From contig RHPI01002112.1 in the NCBI GenBank assembly GCA_009103225.1, forward strand, positions 72,449 to 136,448: DNA of 64,000 bases, read 5' to 3'. Position numbers and translations under genes: made by a program. Below are positions 1-13,415 of the stretch, piece after piece. Numbering within the stretch: position 1 is the stretch's first letter; every line of letters begins with the position of its first letter. This DNA is from Chlorokybus atmophyticus (Eukaryota; Plantae; Mesostigma and Chlorokybus algae). Below the pieces are notes generated by a model that was not told the DNA's origin, ran no database searches, and was given only the letters and a program-made list of their open reading frames with translations.

Positions 1-1985
1 ACGTATGCGCATGCTTGCAGCAATCTTCGCCTTTGTCTCCTCGCTGTGGCGTCGCCCTTGCATTGCACGAGAGATCTTTGAGCGAACCTGCGGTTGAACA
101 CCAACACTCTCTCAAAGATGCCCCTACGCCCCGCGTCCACGGAAGCGTATACCTTGTGAACCAATCCGTTACCTCTATGCTTCTTCTGCGGCCTGTGGCT
201 GTGCCAGAATCATATGTACACGAGGCTTCATCATCCAGGGCAGGAGGAAGAGGTCTTCGGCTTGCGAATGCTGTATCTTCATTGCCCTCACTCATCAAGT
301 TTTCATCAACCAACCCTTCAGCTTTTTCAACTTCTTCCTCTTCTTCTTTTTCTTCTGTTTTGTCTTCAGCACTCAACTTTTTATCAGCACCAACACCTCT
401 ATTTCTGCCTATTGAGCTTGGATAGCTCAACGCATTCAGGAGCCTCCTCTCCGCCTCAATGCCACTGCTAACAAATGCGTCCAGCGCCTTCATCATGAAG
501 CTGCGGGCAAGGCTGGGAATATCACCATCATCGGCTGTAATATTGGTGGTGCCACTAGTGCCAGCACTGTTAGCGTTATATTCTCTTTTGGGTATGCATC
601 TATCAACATTATCTTCTCGTGTGTCGCCGTTACTGCTTTCAGCTTCGCGCCTTTCATGATTACTACTGTTTGGCGACCGGGGTGTTATGTCATGCACGTG
701 CTTCCGCACCCAACGCATGCGCTGCGCAGCTGCAATTTTCTGCTTGTGCTCTTCGGTCATCTGCTTTCCAAGCTTGAGTCTGTACCCCAACAGAGCAATG
801 GTAAGCAGGTCAGCATTCTACCCGCAAGTCATACTATGCACGCGTGTCTGGTCCATTGCATCAAGTACGTGTGACTGCATGTATGGGTGTGTACATTGAA
901 TTGCAAATGCAAGCTCTTACAAGGTCTGTGTACACAAGAAGTTGGCATGCAGATACTTGTCGATAACTGCGAATGTGTGCACAACCATCCGACATTCATA
1001 CATGTACGTGCGCTCGCATGTAGACAGGCTGGTGCGTATTCATCTTTGCAAATAATAGCTACGCTGATACCTTCGCATCTTTTCCCTGAAGTCATCTGAA
1101 ACAGTTCTCCCGCGTTGGGCAGCGCTCATACGCGCACGAGTCTCAGGTGACGCCGTGGCGCCAGTGCGCGCGGCCCGCACCTTCTCACACATGTCCGGGC
1201 TCATCTCCCTCCCCAGATTCCATGCAGTGCCTCCCCGTAAGCTGTCACGCACGCGCTCCGCAAAGTCCGGATCCTGTGTGACAATGACAGCAATGACGGT
1301 GGTGACACTGGAATTGACTACGGTGTTGATGGCGACAACAACCATGACATTGATAATGACAGTGGGCACTGCCGACGATTATAAAGTTGGTGACAGACGA
1401 AGGTGCGCCGATGCCTGTGAACTTGTTCTTAACACACTCCAGTAAGCTGACATACACGCTGAACATGGCTGTGTGACCCGATGGCAAAAATGCAGTTCAG
1501 TGCAGTGTAGAATTGCAGAAGACAGCAGAGACGCAAATGGGCAAGTAGGCACTGCGCCAGTCAAGCAATCACACAAACACAGCAATGCACACACAAACCC
1601 TAACCTGCCACTTGGCGGTGAGGCTAGCACTGATCTTGGCGCGGACGTCATCCGGCATGGAGACGCCTCTGTTCCACGACGATCGCCCACTGCTGCTGCT
1701 TGTTCTGGCCTCCTGGTGCTGGCCATCGTCATCATCGTCATCCTCCACCAGAAAGCTGCTATGGTTACTCCTGCTGTTCAACAGCTCTCCCTCTCGGTCG
1801 AGTAAGGCAGTGCTAGAAGTAGCACTGGCCTGCTGCTTGTAGGCCAGCTGCGCTCTGCTATGAAGCTGCTGCTGGCGCCTCCGCCGCCTGGACGCTCTCC
1901 CCGCCGCCCACGACGGCGACGACAGCACCAACGCTGAGGGGGAGGGGGAGGCGGAGGCGGAGGTGGAGGCAGCAGCCACCCGCAT
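1..1985 (-). CDS. NUMOD3-repeat protein, intron-containing, likely organelle-targeted (3' end not resolved, may run off the window)
   Basis: Manually spliced with GT-AG junctions that keep frame: exon 1985-1605 (MRVAAASTSAS...WNRGVSMPDDVRAKISASLTAKWQ), exon 1273-1071 (DPDF...AWNLGREMSPDMCEKVRAARTGATASPETRARMSAAQRGRTVSDDFREKMR), exon from 779 (LKLGKQMTEEHKQKIAAAQRMRW..., open to the window edge). About 5 copies of a G-x3-[ST]-x-[ED]-x3-[KR]-[IMV]-x-A motif match NUMOD3. The Ser/Ala/Arg-rich N-terminus resembles a transit peptide. Confidence 0.7.
1595..1603. promoter_or_regulatory. Telo-box (AAACCCTAA) at the 5' end of intron 1 of the NUMOD3 gene
   Basis: Exact AAACCCTAA, overlapping the GTTAGGGTTT splice donor on the minus strand. 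Confidence 0.4.
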
Positions 1986-2199
1986 GACCTCCCACACCAC
2001 CACCGCCGCCGCCGGCGCTCACACCCACACCCACACCCTCGCCCACACCCACACTCACACCCAAGTGCATACCCACACCCACACCTACGCCTGCACCCAC
2101 CCGGGTACACACTTTCTCACATACACACACACTCCTTTGCACAGTCGGACTGCCAGCTGGCACGCAACGGAGGCTTTACACTCTGGCAGGTGAGGGCGA

Positions 2200-5100
2200 A
2201 AGCGCAAAAACGCATTGATATTATGACGTGAAGCAGGGAGAAGGGATATACGGAATCCAGTCTATCTGCACGGAATAGGGTATCGGAATCAGCGAGGTAA
2301 AGCCGATTCTTGTAGTCAATGGCCTGGTCATGCGCACTGCTATCTCAATTAAGTGTATATAAAGGGTAAGCTACTATGAGTGCATGCATGAGGTATCACA
2401 CCCACAACGACGTGTGTTCATAGCATCTGGATATAGCCTACCAGGTGTCCAGCAAGATCAATATAAGTAACACACCCAGACACGCGCATACACAGGAAAC
2501 AAGCAAGCAGATCAGTGGTACACATTTACAGTACAATATGCTTTGTATACAAATGCAAACGGTATGTATATTAATAAGCCATGGCACGTAAATTTGCACG
2601 ACATTTGTCGGTGTAACTGTTGAGTATAACAAACTTTGTGACTGCAATGTACATTTATTAAAGATGATGGCTCACGATACATCGGGTACATAAACACAAT
2701 AAATTAGAATGATGTTATAAAAATGAGAATGTACGAGCATACATGGCAGCAATGGTAATGCAAAGTTGCAATATTTTGAGTGTCGGATGCTGCCTGCTAA
2801 TGATGTTGCCTTATTGTTGTTGCTCGTGTTGCATAATTGTAATGACTATTATATGATATGACACATATGCACGCGCATCCACAATGTGAACAACACTTCA
2901 GCCCCATAACATGCCCATGCCGCATGATGTTATTAGGGTACTGGTGTAGGCTTAAAGCGTTTAGCGCTCTCGGTTGTCAGACAAGAGCACCATAATGCAC
3001 TTTACAGCTTATGAAAATCATGATCTCTTCAGTAAGGGGCTGAATCCAAGAGTGTTTGTCATGAAAGCAAGCCATACATCTCAGCAAGCCTGCAACAAAA
3101 TATCAATGTTTGGATTAGCTTGCGCGTACAAACGCGTTTGTGAGTTTTTCATGCAAAAAGTTCAAGTAAAGGAAGCGATATTAAGGCTTGCTCTTTTACA
3201 CAAGATAATGCTTCGTCGTTTTTAACAATGCTAGCGTACTTTGGGGCGTATTGATCTTCAAGTATAGGCACAGCTGTATATTGAGCGCCCTAAGGTACCC
3301 GGTAGTAGGATGAGGGGTAAATGTAAAACGCGGTTCGGGTATGAGTTCAACATTCTCAAGCACCGTAGCCACACACTCATTAAAAATACATTGCGAGTCG
3401 CGGTACCACTTCAGCTCGAGTTTCTGGGTCCTTCCTCACATAATGTAACGAACCATTAGGCCACAAAAGCACGAAGTGTGTTTTGTGGCCGTTGTAGCAT
3501 TATCATTGGGTCGTCCCGTGACACCTAAAGCTCTGTTTAGCGATGTCAAGTGTATCTGTGATACCGCAAACTGCCTATCAACTTTATGCATAACAGCCAT
3601 AGGAGAAGGTTGTCACTGCAATATTCGGTGGCAAAACAAGTGAGCAAGTGCACTTTATTACCGTTCGCAAGCGCTCTCTCAGATCATGGACTAAAATCCT
3701 TAAAACCCAAGCAAAACATCAGCTTTCGCAACCTTTGTTGCTTACCAAATTTTGCATGTTTTTGAAACACACTTTTTGTGTGTAGGTGTGTAGGTGTTAG
3801 TTCACGAGAGCTCTTCAATCATTACAATGACTTCAATTGCGGTTGCTACATTGGGTCTTTCGTCAGCTGAAGCTTTGTCAATCTCTGCTCAGCAATGTTA
3901 AGCTAGTCTTGTGAGGCGATGAGCTGCATATCAAATCCACTCATAACAGTCATATGGAAGGGTTGTCACATCAGATGTTTGACCAAAACATGTATGTGGA
4001 ACAATTGCTCCATATTGCCCCCCCCCCTTTGCAAGAGATTGTATGAATTAATGCATCATTCTAAAGTATAGAGTTGACACATTATAATAACCATCATCCT
4101 ATTACAAAAAAATGAATATGTTGGTAAGGAGCTGCTCGACAATTAACTGAGGTTGAATTAGAGGAGGGGGGGAGGGGGACTAGCTGTTAATATAATGTGC
4201 ACACATATCTCGTTATTAAACATCTTACATAAAATTCCTTGTATAAATGAATGACAGTCATCACTGGTCCATAAATTGTTGGTGGTTTATGCTTTTATTA
4301 TAATTGTGCACAACCCAATATTGGACACCTCGTTTGATGAATACCACCCAATTAAGTAATCATTTATATACAAAGGGTGATAACTGAAGGGCAATGAGCG
4401 ATTAAGCAAGATGCAAATTGCCATCAAATGATGAAGAATTATTAAACTTAAAGCTTGATTAGAGGCTAAGGCACAGCCATTAACGGCCCTAAGCTAGTCT
4501 TTCAATGATTGATTAATACCTTGAACAACGCAACGTGCCTTTGTTTCTACACAAGTAGGTTCGAAAAGTACGCAACCACAATGGTATCCAATATATTCGC
4601 TGTCAAGGAAAACTCCAATTGCCCATACAGATGATAGCTAGTTATGTGTAACAAATGGCCCTCAACCCACCAGTTACAGGTACAATCCAATCAGATGTTC
4701 TTTACCATTTAAAGCAAGTCATGTTGATAATAATTGGCTTCATACTTGACTTAATTCATACCATTAAAACCTTGAACTACTATGAACTAACGAGTGTAAA
4801 TCAATAAGTTCACTAGCGACAATTCACCGGGTCATCAGCAATTTCGAACACTATATTGTAATTTATTGATTATTTCATGCACTCACTCTTGCATCTTACA
4901 AACACTTGGTATTATTTAGGTCATTTTTTGATAATCGACTTATATTATTCTCTTTAATTATAGATTACCACATTTAGATGATTAGCTCACGCCCATTAGT
5001 TCACACGGCAGTTTACTATATAGTTTATCCAATATTAATTCCTCATGGTTTTGATTAAGCTTAGTTTATAGGCAATCTAGTAGTTCACATTCAGATCACA

Positions 5101-6620
5101 AGTGAGTGGCGGATTCTACTCATTTAGGGGGGCTTAGGTAAATTTATCATGTTGCAAACGGTCGCGGTGTCGCATATACTTGCGTGTGCTCGCGGCACGC
5201 GCGTCCAATGCCTTGGGCGTTTTTGCAATTTACTCTAGCAAACTTTGCAAATGTCACGTTAGATCTTATTGATTAATTAACCCAACTTCGCTAATTTACT
5301 TATTCCCCCTCGTAAGCTACACCTTTTACTTACAAATGTCTTCTCATCACATGGATGTCTGTATAACCCCCTAGTATCCTCATGCGATGATGGGAGGCTA
5401 TATAGCTCACCCTTAGCGTGCATAGTGAGAATTGCTACCCTATGCCTTATGCATTTTTGCGAATTATGAGTTACAATATTTGCATCTAAGACAACTTGTA
5501 ACATTTTTGCGAATGTCGCTGGGAACCTTCAGTTTCTCACACCATTCTCTAATCTGCGAAATACATTTTGTGACTCGTCAATTTATATTCACGGTGTCAT
5601 ATACCAAAGTAGGCCCAAGTAGTATTTAGCCTATAGTTGCTAATTTATTGGATACCTTTTTGGCTTGGTATAACACTTATACTTTTTCGCTAATACACCA
5701 CGTGATTTAGCGACTCGTTCAAACTACTTCAAAGTCCCATACCACTGAAATATCGTCAAACCACAACCACCAATTCACTGAATGGACCAGGCAGTCTAAT
5801 TAAAACTAATTCGCATGCGTTATTCACATATTCACATATATAGTTATATAATATACATGTAACCAAGTATCCAATTGATGGATAGACTACCACAGGATTA
5901 AACTTGGCCGTGTAACAATTTGCGACTATTAGCCTGATTACTTAAAATGGGTTGTTCGGCAAATTTACACATTGCACAAGTGCTCAGCAATAATAGTCTT
6001 AACCTCCTCCTCTCCTCTCCACTCTGCAAGTATGTTCCTACCGTATTAAGCGGTAATAGAGCTACCGTAAATCTACAAATCTACAAAATCCTACCCGACC
6101 TACCTGCTTGTCACTCTGATCTTAAACGCACATAAGATTAAAACCCACTTGATAAAGCTTGGCTCGGTAGAGGATTTGCCATGTGTTACTATGTATATTT
6201 GCTTATTAACCTAATCTATGCCGCCATTGCCACTGCTCCTAAAATTACGAGGCCCCTTCGTTTCTAAACTCTACTTCAGCGACAGCGAAGACCGCCCCCT
6301 TCATCTTTGAACACTGCCTCCCTACAAGGCATTAGCAAGTATATAGATATTTTCGCTATGGGCTATGGCGATAGCTCGCGACCGCTAACATGGCCGTACG
6401 GAGCTGCCAAGTGCACGCGACGCGCCTTGCGGAGTGGCAAGGCGGGCATTATGCTGAATTGCGGAATCCCGGATATGTGGATTCCTGCCTTCGGGAATCC
6501 ATCCGAGGGTACGGCTAAATATATGCAGGACATTCAGTTAACCGACCAAAGCGGGTTACGAGTCGCGGAGTACGATACCTGGACTTGCATGCTGACATAT
6601 ATAGAGTGACTCAGGCTCCT
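2200..6620. other. AT-rich ORF-poor island, possibly a highly decayed mobile element
   Basis: Abrupt shift to AT-rich sequence between two GC-rich genes. No long ORF and none of the CA-repeat introns seen in host genes. GGAATC(C) motifs recur near both ends. Confidence 0.3.
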
Positions 6621-7119
6621 TCTCGCAGGTGGTCAAGTCAGACCTTGCGACATTGTATTGTTGTGGCAGAAGAGTGTGGTGCTCTACAAGGGGCGTTGTG
6701 CATAGTGTTGGATAGCGTCTTGGACAGCAACACACCTCACATATCCTATACACATGTACATGTGTGGAGGCATTGCATGACAAAACGCCATACCTGGTGT
6801 CCGCAAACAGTGATCACTCGTTAACCAAGTGAGACAGTGCTGATCAGCAGGATTCTTGAGAATGGAGAAACAATGAAGGATAACAACCCTGTTCACGGAA
6901 AACTTATCAGAAGACAGCTGAACCTTGCGTGGCTGCAACTGTGGGTTGTAGTGGCTGACAAACCGAGGAGGAATAGGCGGACAACCTGTTGACACAAAAC
7001 GATGCAAGCACACAGGCGAGTAGCCAGCCAACAAACAATACACAGTGCATGCAACCATCCAGGAAAGTCCAACAAGTCCTGCTTAATTACAATGTACACT
7101 ACGCAACAGCATGGTGCAG

Positions 7120-9191
7120 TCAACCACCTCCCAGCCGCGCCTTGCAGACAGGGCATTCATTTTTACGTCGCAGCCACTTATCAATGCACTGCCAGGCCAA
7201 CATTTGGATGTTACTTGCATACCACAACCACGCAACATCAGCGGGGCATGACTAGTATATACCTTCTTGTGGAAGGCGTGCAAGCAAGGCATGCGCCTTA
7301 CAACATTGCGGACTTCTATGTCATCCAAGCAAATGGCACAAGGCTCCAACTTGGCATCAGAAGCCTGAAAGCAGCACCCAAAGAATGCAAGTTAGGTCAC
7401 AATCACCGCAACACCGCTACAAGCTAGCAGCAGACTTACTTTTATGGTATGCGTGGGCAGCGAATCAATGGCTTCCTGGCTGGCACCACCGCCGCTGCCA
7501 TGTGCCTGGTTCTCATCGAGGGCAAGCAGCGCCTCGTAGTCCGCTCTGAACAAGTGGATGTCGACAAAGCTTATTGCATACACTTCACCATCGTTGGGCT
7601 TTTGAACTAGCACTTACTCGGTGAAATCACGATCAGTGGCAGCTAGTCTCCACATATCAGTGGACACACCACCACCACCATGCCTTCCGCCCAACAGCGC
7701 TTGTAACATGCTTGTGCCAGCGCCAAATACCTGCGAAAAGGAGTCGTTTGCCATGACCACAGCCGGACAAACCATAAGCTGTGCATGCAGGAAAGATACA
7801 CGCACAGTACTGCACCCAGGCAAACACGTACTGGATCAAAGGCATTGCGCATGAAAGACGGGAAGACAGGTTGATGTGCGTAACCGCCTGACGGAAGCAT
7901 GACACCTCGGCCCCGTCCCCGGCCTCGACCACGACCTGCATGGCCGTGACGGTACTGTGGCATTGGGGGTGGTAAGAACTGCAACAGTATAAATGAGTAA
8001 ATGTTCTACAAAAAACAAACAGCTGAATGTTGTGGCTCACACACACATGCATACCGATGGCCCAGCTGCATCACGGGCAGCCATTAGATCGGGAGGGAGG
8101 TGTGGGGGCGACTCGGGTGCATGCATGTAAGGTGACCAGAGGGGAACAGGCCTGGCAGCCCTCTCCTCTTCTTCCTGCAGCCTTCTTGCCATTTCCTCGT
8201 CAATAGCAAGCTGCACCATGCAGCAAACCCAGTGAGTGCCTAAGGGTGCACTCCTCTACTAGAGAGCATCAACAGTACAAGCAAGTTGGGCAGCGCACGA
8301 CATGCACCATATCTCAGCCTCACGTGAGCAGTTGCGGCGCGAGGGCTTTCATGTTCTTGAAGCCAGCGCGCGAGCCTTTCATCCTCATCAACATTAACAT
8401 TAACCGCCTGCCATAACCATATGCTTTTAGGACTGGACCTACCCTTACCGTTATTTGGGCCTACAGCAATGCAGTGACGCCGCTGCCACACCCGAGATGT
8501 TGATGCTGATGGTCCACTCTCTTCTGACACCACTTGAGCTTCACCACTTGACACGCGCCGCCGCTTTCTGGTATATATGTATGATAGTAAGCAACCAAGT
8601 TGTCGTATATGTGAACATTAGCCTTGTCAAGTCAGCATGGCAACATTGCAACACTTACCTAGCTGGTTGAGCCCTGTGTGGTGGAGACCTGTGCTGTGCA
8701 TGTGCACTACGCCTCTCAGGTGCAACTCCCTCAACACTGCTGCTGTTGGGCCGTGCGGGAGCGCGTTCAGCTGGCGGTGACTCTGACAAGTCAATCACCA
8801 CAGGTACTGTATGGCCTGAACTCGGCGGGGCAAAGGTATCTATAGTCCTACTTGTGTGCGCTGCCTGCTGTCCAGCATGCTGTGCGATAGAAAAGCGAGG
8901 GTTTGAGCGGATGCGCAGCTGTGGTGTACTTTGGGGATGCTCGCTTGTGCTGGGGACACTTGTGCTGGGAAGGCTTGTAGTTTCCAATTCTTCAGCATTG
9001 CCGGGTTGCTGCTTATGTTCTGCAGTGTGCACACCAGCAGGCGTTCGTGGACGGGCAGACCTTCGCCGCGTGTGCCATGGGCTGATGTTATTATTGGCAA
9101 CATGTCCAATTGCACTTGTTGACTGCGGCTGCCCCGCATGTGGTAATGGCGAAGACGCCACATCAATGGCTTGCGCTCGAGTGCCAGACAT
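7120..9191 (-). CDS. RING-H2 E3 ubiquitin ligase (about 8 exons; true start uncertain)
   Basis: Spliced C-terminus CAICLDDIEVRNVVRRMPCLHAFHKK|CIDKWLRRKNECPVCKARLGGG* is a C3H2C3 RING-H2 (stop at 7120-7122). It is preceded by the DRDFT...ADYEALLALDE...GASQEAIDSLP motif typical of plant RING-H2 proteins, and by DE(E/R)(M/L)ARxLQE UIM-like repeats. Confidence 0.85.
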
Positions 9192-10443
9192 CGCAAACCA
9201 CTGCGTCCAAGCAGCCCTCTATGCAGTGGCTGCAGCTATCTGCTCACGCAACGGTGCGATCAGTGTCAGACACCGCCACCACAAAACTCGATATCCGTTT
9301 CCAGGATGCAGGTCCATTGAGCTATGTTCCTTGGTTTGTACAGCACGGGCCGCGAGAACACAGTTGATGAAGCACAGAAGTCACTAGACCAAGAATTGCA
9401 AATTGCTGACACAACGACGGCATCTGTATAATGTTTCTCACCCACATGTTAACACTATGCACCGTGAGTGACAATCATCTAAGATACGCATGTTGCCTTT
9501 CAACAAGCGCAGTGGTTGTTGACCAAACTTTCTCCGTCTAACCCTAACACGACAACATGAGTTTGGTCAACTTCAGGAGCACGCAACAGATTGGCATGCA
9601 ACACTTGCCAGGAAACGACATGCAGGCAACCAGACTTTCGCCCTCTCTTCAAGCTGATTAGACTTCAAGCGTACATTTCGAAATGCGAACAATCAAAACA
9701 GCCGTTTTCTGGTCACTTCGACTCATTGTGATCGCAGACAAGCTTTTTAGCAAAGTCATCTCGTCGGCTCTTTGGAACATGTGCAACGGCTTTCGTGCCT
9801 GTGAGCGTTAACGACATCCATTACACGACCCAGATGACGACTATCAGACCTTGCACAACCATGACCGCTTGTCAGGTGAGTAAACTGAAAACGCTAGGGC
9901 GTATTGAATTGCCTCAACAACACGCCAATTGAGTCAAGCAAGGCAAAGCACCAGCAGCTTCCCATCCTACTTGACCATAGGAGTTTCTGACTTCTTTGCA
10001 GCGATCTCGCAGCAGCGACTAGCCTGTAACAGGTTGGCTCTCCGCCTTGCCAAGCTGAACAGCTCTACCAGCTGACCTCCGCGACCGCCTCTGCCTCGAG
10101 GACGGCGGTGGCATAGCTGACAAGGTTGCGTTACGCTTCGGTCTAGACGCAAGCCCTAGATACGCTCACGTAAGCAAGACACGCTACCCCTGGTTAAAAG
10201 CTTCAAGCAACGGTCAGATTTAGCGGCGGCGTTTAGCCGTGGTTGCGAGACAGGGTATCATCAGATACCCTTGGATCAGTAAGATACGAATGCTCGGAAC
10301 ATTTAATTACAGTAGAACACGCATGGCCATGTGGGTGACGGCAAGATATGCCGTCTTGCGTCACCAAGTGACGTGTTTTGCCGTGACTCGATGCTGTGCT
10401 GACTGCCAGCTGTGCGGTTATAGCAGAGGTCAGTTGATAACTA

Positions 10444-10452
10444 AAACCCTAA
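10444..10452 (+). promoter_or_regulatory. Telo-box in the divergent RING-H2/ITPK1 intergenic region
   Basis: AAACCCTAA about 240 bp upstream of the ITPK1 ATG. Confidence 0.45.
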
Positions 10453-10683
10453 TTCAGGCGTATCTGGTAGGCGACGGCGGCGGTGCGCGCTGCGGCGTGG
10501 TCGGTGTGGTTGTCGTCACCTTCGTGCGCTGTGCCGTGGTAACTGTTGAGTGAGGGATTCAAAGCCCTGCGAGTGAGGCGCTGCGGAATTTGGCGGGAGT
10601 GACGTTCGGGCTGTGAGCCCTGGGGGAATCACCAGCGGGTGCGCAGTGGCGGCAGTGATGAGCGAGGCGCTCTTGTACGGGAT

Positions 10684-13415
10684 ATGGGGGTGGCTGTTGG
10701 CTATGCTCTCACCGAGAAGAAGGCTCTGAGCTTCATACGTCCCGAATTGATTCAGCACGCCAGGTCGAGAGTGACACGCTGCCTGTCCAACCAGCGTGTT
10801 CAGTGGTTCACTCGGCAGGCATACACGCGGCTACAGCCAGCTGTTGTTGTGTTCACAGCTTCATTTACCGACAACCTCAGTGTTCTACTAAGCACAGTAG
10901 TCAGGCTGTTTGTTCAATATTCGCAGCATAACTGCTGGGTTGTAGCTTTTGTACCGTTGCAAGTTTGCGATGACCGCACGTGCTGTCGTTGCGAGCCTTT
11001 CGCGCATCACGCGCAGAAGATATCAGTCCAGTATCTTCTGTGTGTGTTGCTCGACCTTGTTAGTACTTCAGCATGGCCTGTAACGTTTCGTTTGTTGAGT
11101 CACGTGTGCCCAACTGTGCGTCAGTCTTGACGTAGTGCAGCAGTTTGGTCGGTTGCTGAGTTGCGTGCCAGTTGCAGCCATAGGGCAAGCCATTGCTTGA
11201 TATGCTTCCCTCTGTGGGCTGCAGTGCAACTGCGTCCATGCACAATTGGGCACTTGGCAGTCTGGCTTTCACATTTGTCCATCGGGACATTTGACAGACT
11301 TCATGAGCACGGCACCCATTCTTGCTTGCCATTGCGAGTGCACTGATTGTGTACGTGTGTGCAGCTCATTGGGTGTACAGCTGATACCTGTTGACCCATA
11401 TCGGTCTCTCTCTGAGCAAGGCCCGTTTGACATTATCCTGCATAAGGTACGCCATTGGGTGGCTACAGTTGTATGGTTGTCATAATCGTGCATTGGTTGT
11501 GGTGTTGAGAATTGCTGGTGCTCAGAGTAACCTTTGACTTCGTGAGAGGAGGCTGTCTTGTGCTTGGTTTATGCATCATGTGTTTTTTTGTTTCGCATGC
11601 TGCACGCTGCAGTCATGTTACTCTCCTGACATGTTTGTTGTGCACATGCAGCTGCCAGCACGTTATAAGACATGGGTCCCCAACTTAGAGGTGATTGTGC
11701 GTTTGTCCGTGCATCTACTTGTCTTGCTTACCAGATGAGCGGTAGTAACCCAATGGTTGCAATGCATGGCAGAGCTTCATGCAAACACATCCCGACGTCA
11801 TTGTGGTGGACTCGCCAGCTGCCATCCGCAGGCTGGGCAATCGGCAGTCCATGCTGCAGAGTGTCAACGGCATTAACTTGCGAGAAGGTATGCACTGCAT
11901 GCTCATGTTTGTGCTTTGGTGGTGGCGCTGAACCTGCTGACATGCGCTTGTACAGGGAAGGTGGGTGTTCCTCGCCAATTAGTGTTGACTGGAGATCCAG
12001 CCAAAGTTGTTAGTCATGTTGGCGACGCAGGCCTGACCCTCCCCGTAGGTGAGGCTATGTGCTTGCGAGGTGCTTCCAAGAAACACTGCGGTCGTGTATC
12101 TCCCAAACAAACCAGACTGCAGTGCTTACTGCTCTGGCGTTGTTGGCAGTTGTGAAGCCCCTCATCTCGGATGGAAGTGCTGTGTCTCACGAACTGGCCA
12201 TCGCCTACGATCACGAAGGGCTAGCCAACCTGAACATTCCTTGCGTGTTGCAGGAGTTTGTAAACCATGGTGAGTCATCCACCTAGCTCTCCTTGCATGG
12301 TACATATCTGCTGTACATGTCAGGATGCAGCTGGTGCAATCAGCTACATAGCATTAGCCGCCTGCCCTATACATGGCATGTGGTACAATGCGAGCACCGT
12401 GTTAGTCTGTGGGTTGGGCACATCATTGGTGGTTATGCGTGCATAGTGCTCTGACGCACCTGAGGTTGCTGTAACTGGCAGCATGGCCACATCTGTTGTC
12501 AAAAGATGTCCTGGTCATGCTGTGCAACCACGGCCGCTTACAGACTGGCTGGTGGCAGGTGGTGTATTGTTTAAGGTATATGTGGTGGGAGAAAAGGTAA
12601 CAGTGGTCAGAAGGCGATCATTGCCCGATGTGGATAAAGAGAGCGAGCGACAAGAGATAACCGGCCTGAAGCCGTTTTCTCGCATCAGCAGTGCTGCAGA
12701 AACAGCAGCTGCAGAATGGGAGAGAGAGAGGGCTCTCATTGAGATCCCCCCGCAGAGCTTTGTGACTGCACTAGCCGCCGAGTTGAGGTTGCGATTGGGC
12801 CTGCACCTGTTCAACCTTGATCTCATTCGTGATATTGATCATGGGCGCTACTATGTCATCGACATCAATTACTTCCCTGGATATGCAAAAATGCCAGCAT
12901 ATGCGCAGGTGTGTTTGAGTGGTGGGGTTTAAATGTTCTGTATGGCCGTGCCGCGACAAAGGCTGCGTATCACTGGGCCAATGCTGCCCATGGATGTGTC
13001 GTCTTACACCTTGTTAAGCCAGCTGGTTCATATGCAGGTGTTTGGCGAGTTCTTGTCAGAACTAGGGGAGAGCCGTGCAAAGTTGTTGGCAGAACAGCAG
13101 CAGCAGCAGCAGAACCCCAGTGGCAATGGCGCTGTAGAGTCGGGCCTCAGTGTGCCTGTGCCAATTCCAGGGAGTGCGCATGACACATTGTCGACTCCTG
13201 TTGGGACACCAAGGGCGCTCTCCGTCGGCTCGTCGGAGCTCGCCTCCTCAGCCAAGTACAGCTGCTACGAGGACCCAGACGAGGACGGCAACAGCGACCA
13301 CTCTGATACCTCCAAGGATGACCTTGTCAGCCCGACAAAGTCTCCTTTGCCGGGCGTTATGTATGCTGTGTCCGGTGACATCACGATGCCAGGTGAAGAC
13401 GGACAACTCCTGTGA
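10684..13415 (+). CDS. ITPK1: Inositol-tetrakisphosphate 1-kinase / inositol 1,3,4-trisphosphate 5/6-kinase (8 exons)
   Basis: GT-AG exons join in frame: VGYALTEKKALSFIRPELIQHA|SSLGVQLIPVDPYRSLSEQGPFDIILHK|...HPDVIVVDSPAAIRRLGNRQSML...|VGVPRQLVL...|VVKPLISDGSAVSHELAIAYD...VLQEFVNHG|GVLFKVYVVG...RRRSLPD...LGLHLFNLDLIRD...YYVIDINYFPGYAKMP...|Q-rich, low-complexity tail to TGA at 13413-13415. Confidence 0.95.

Noticed and set aside
5300-5800. L1 endonuclease-like fragments on the minus strand
   Set aside because: Only a WDFEVV-like resemblance among many stops, with no supporting motifs
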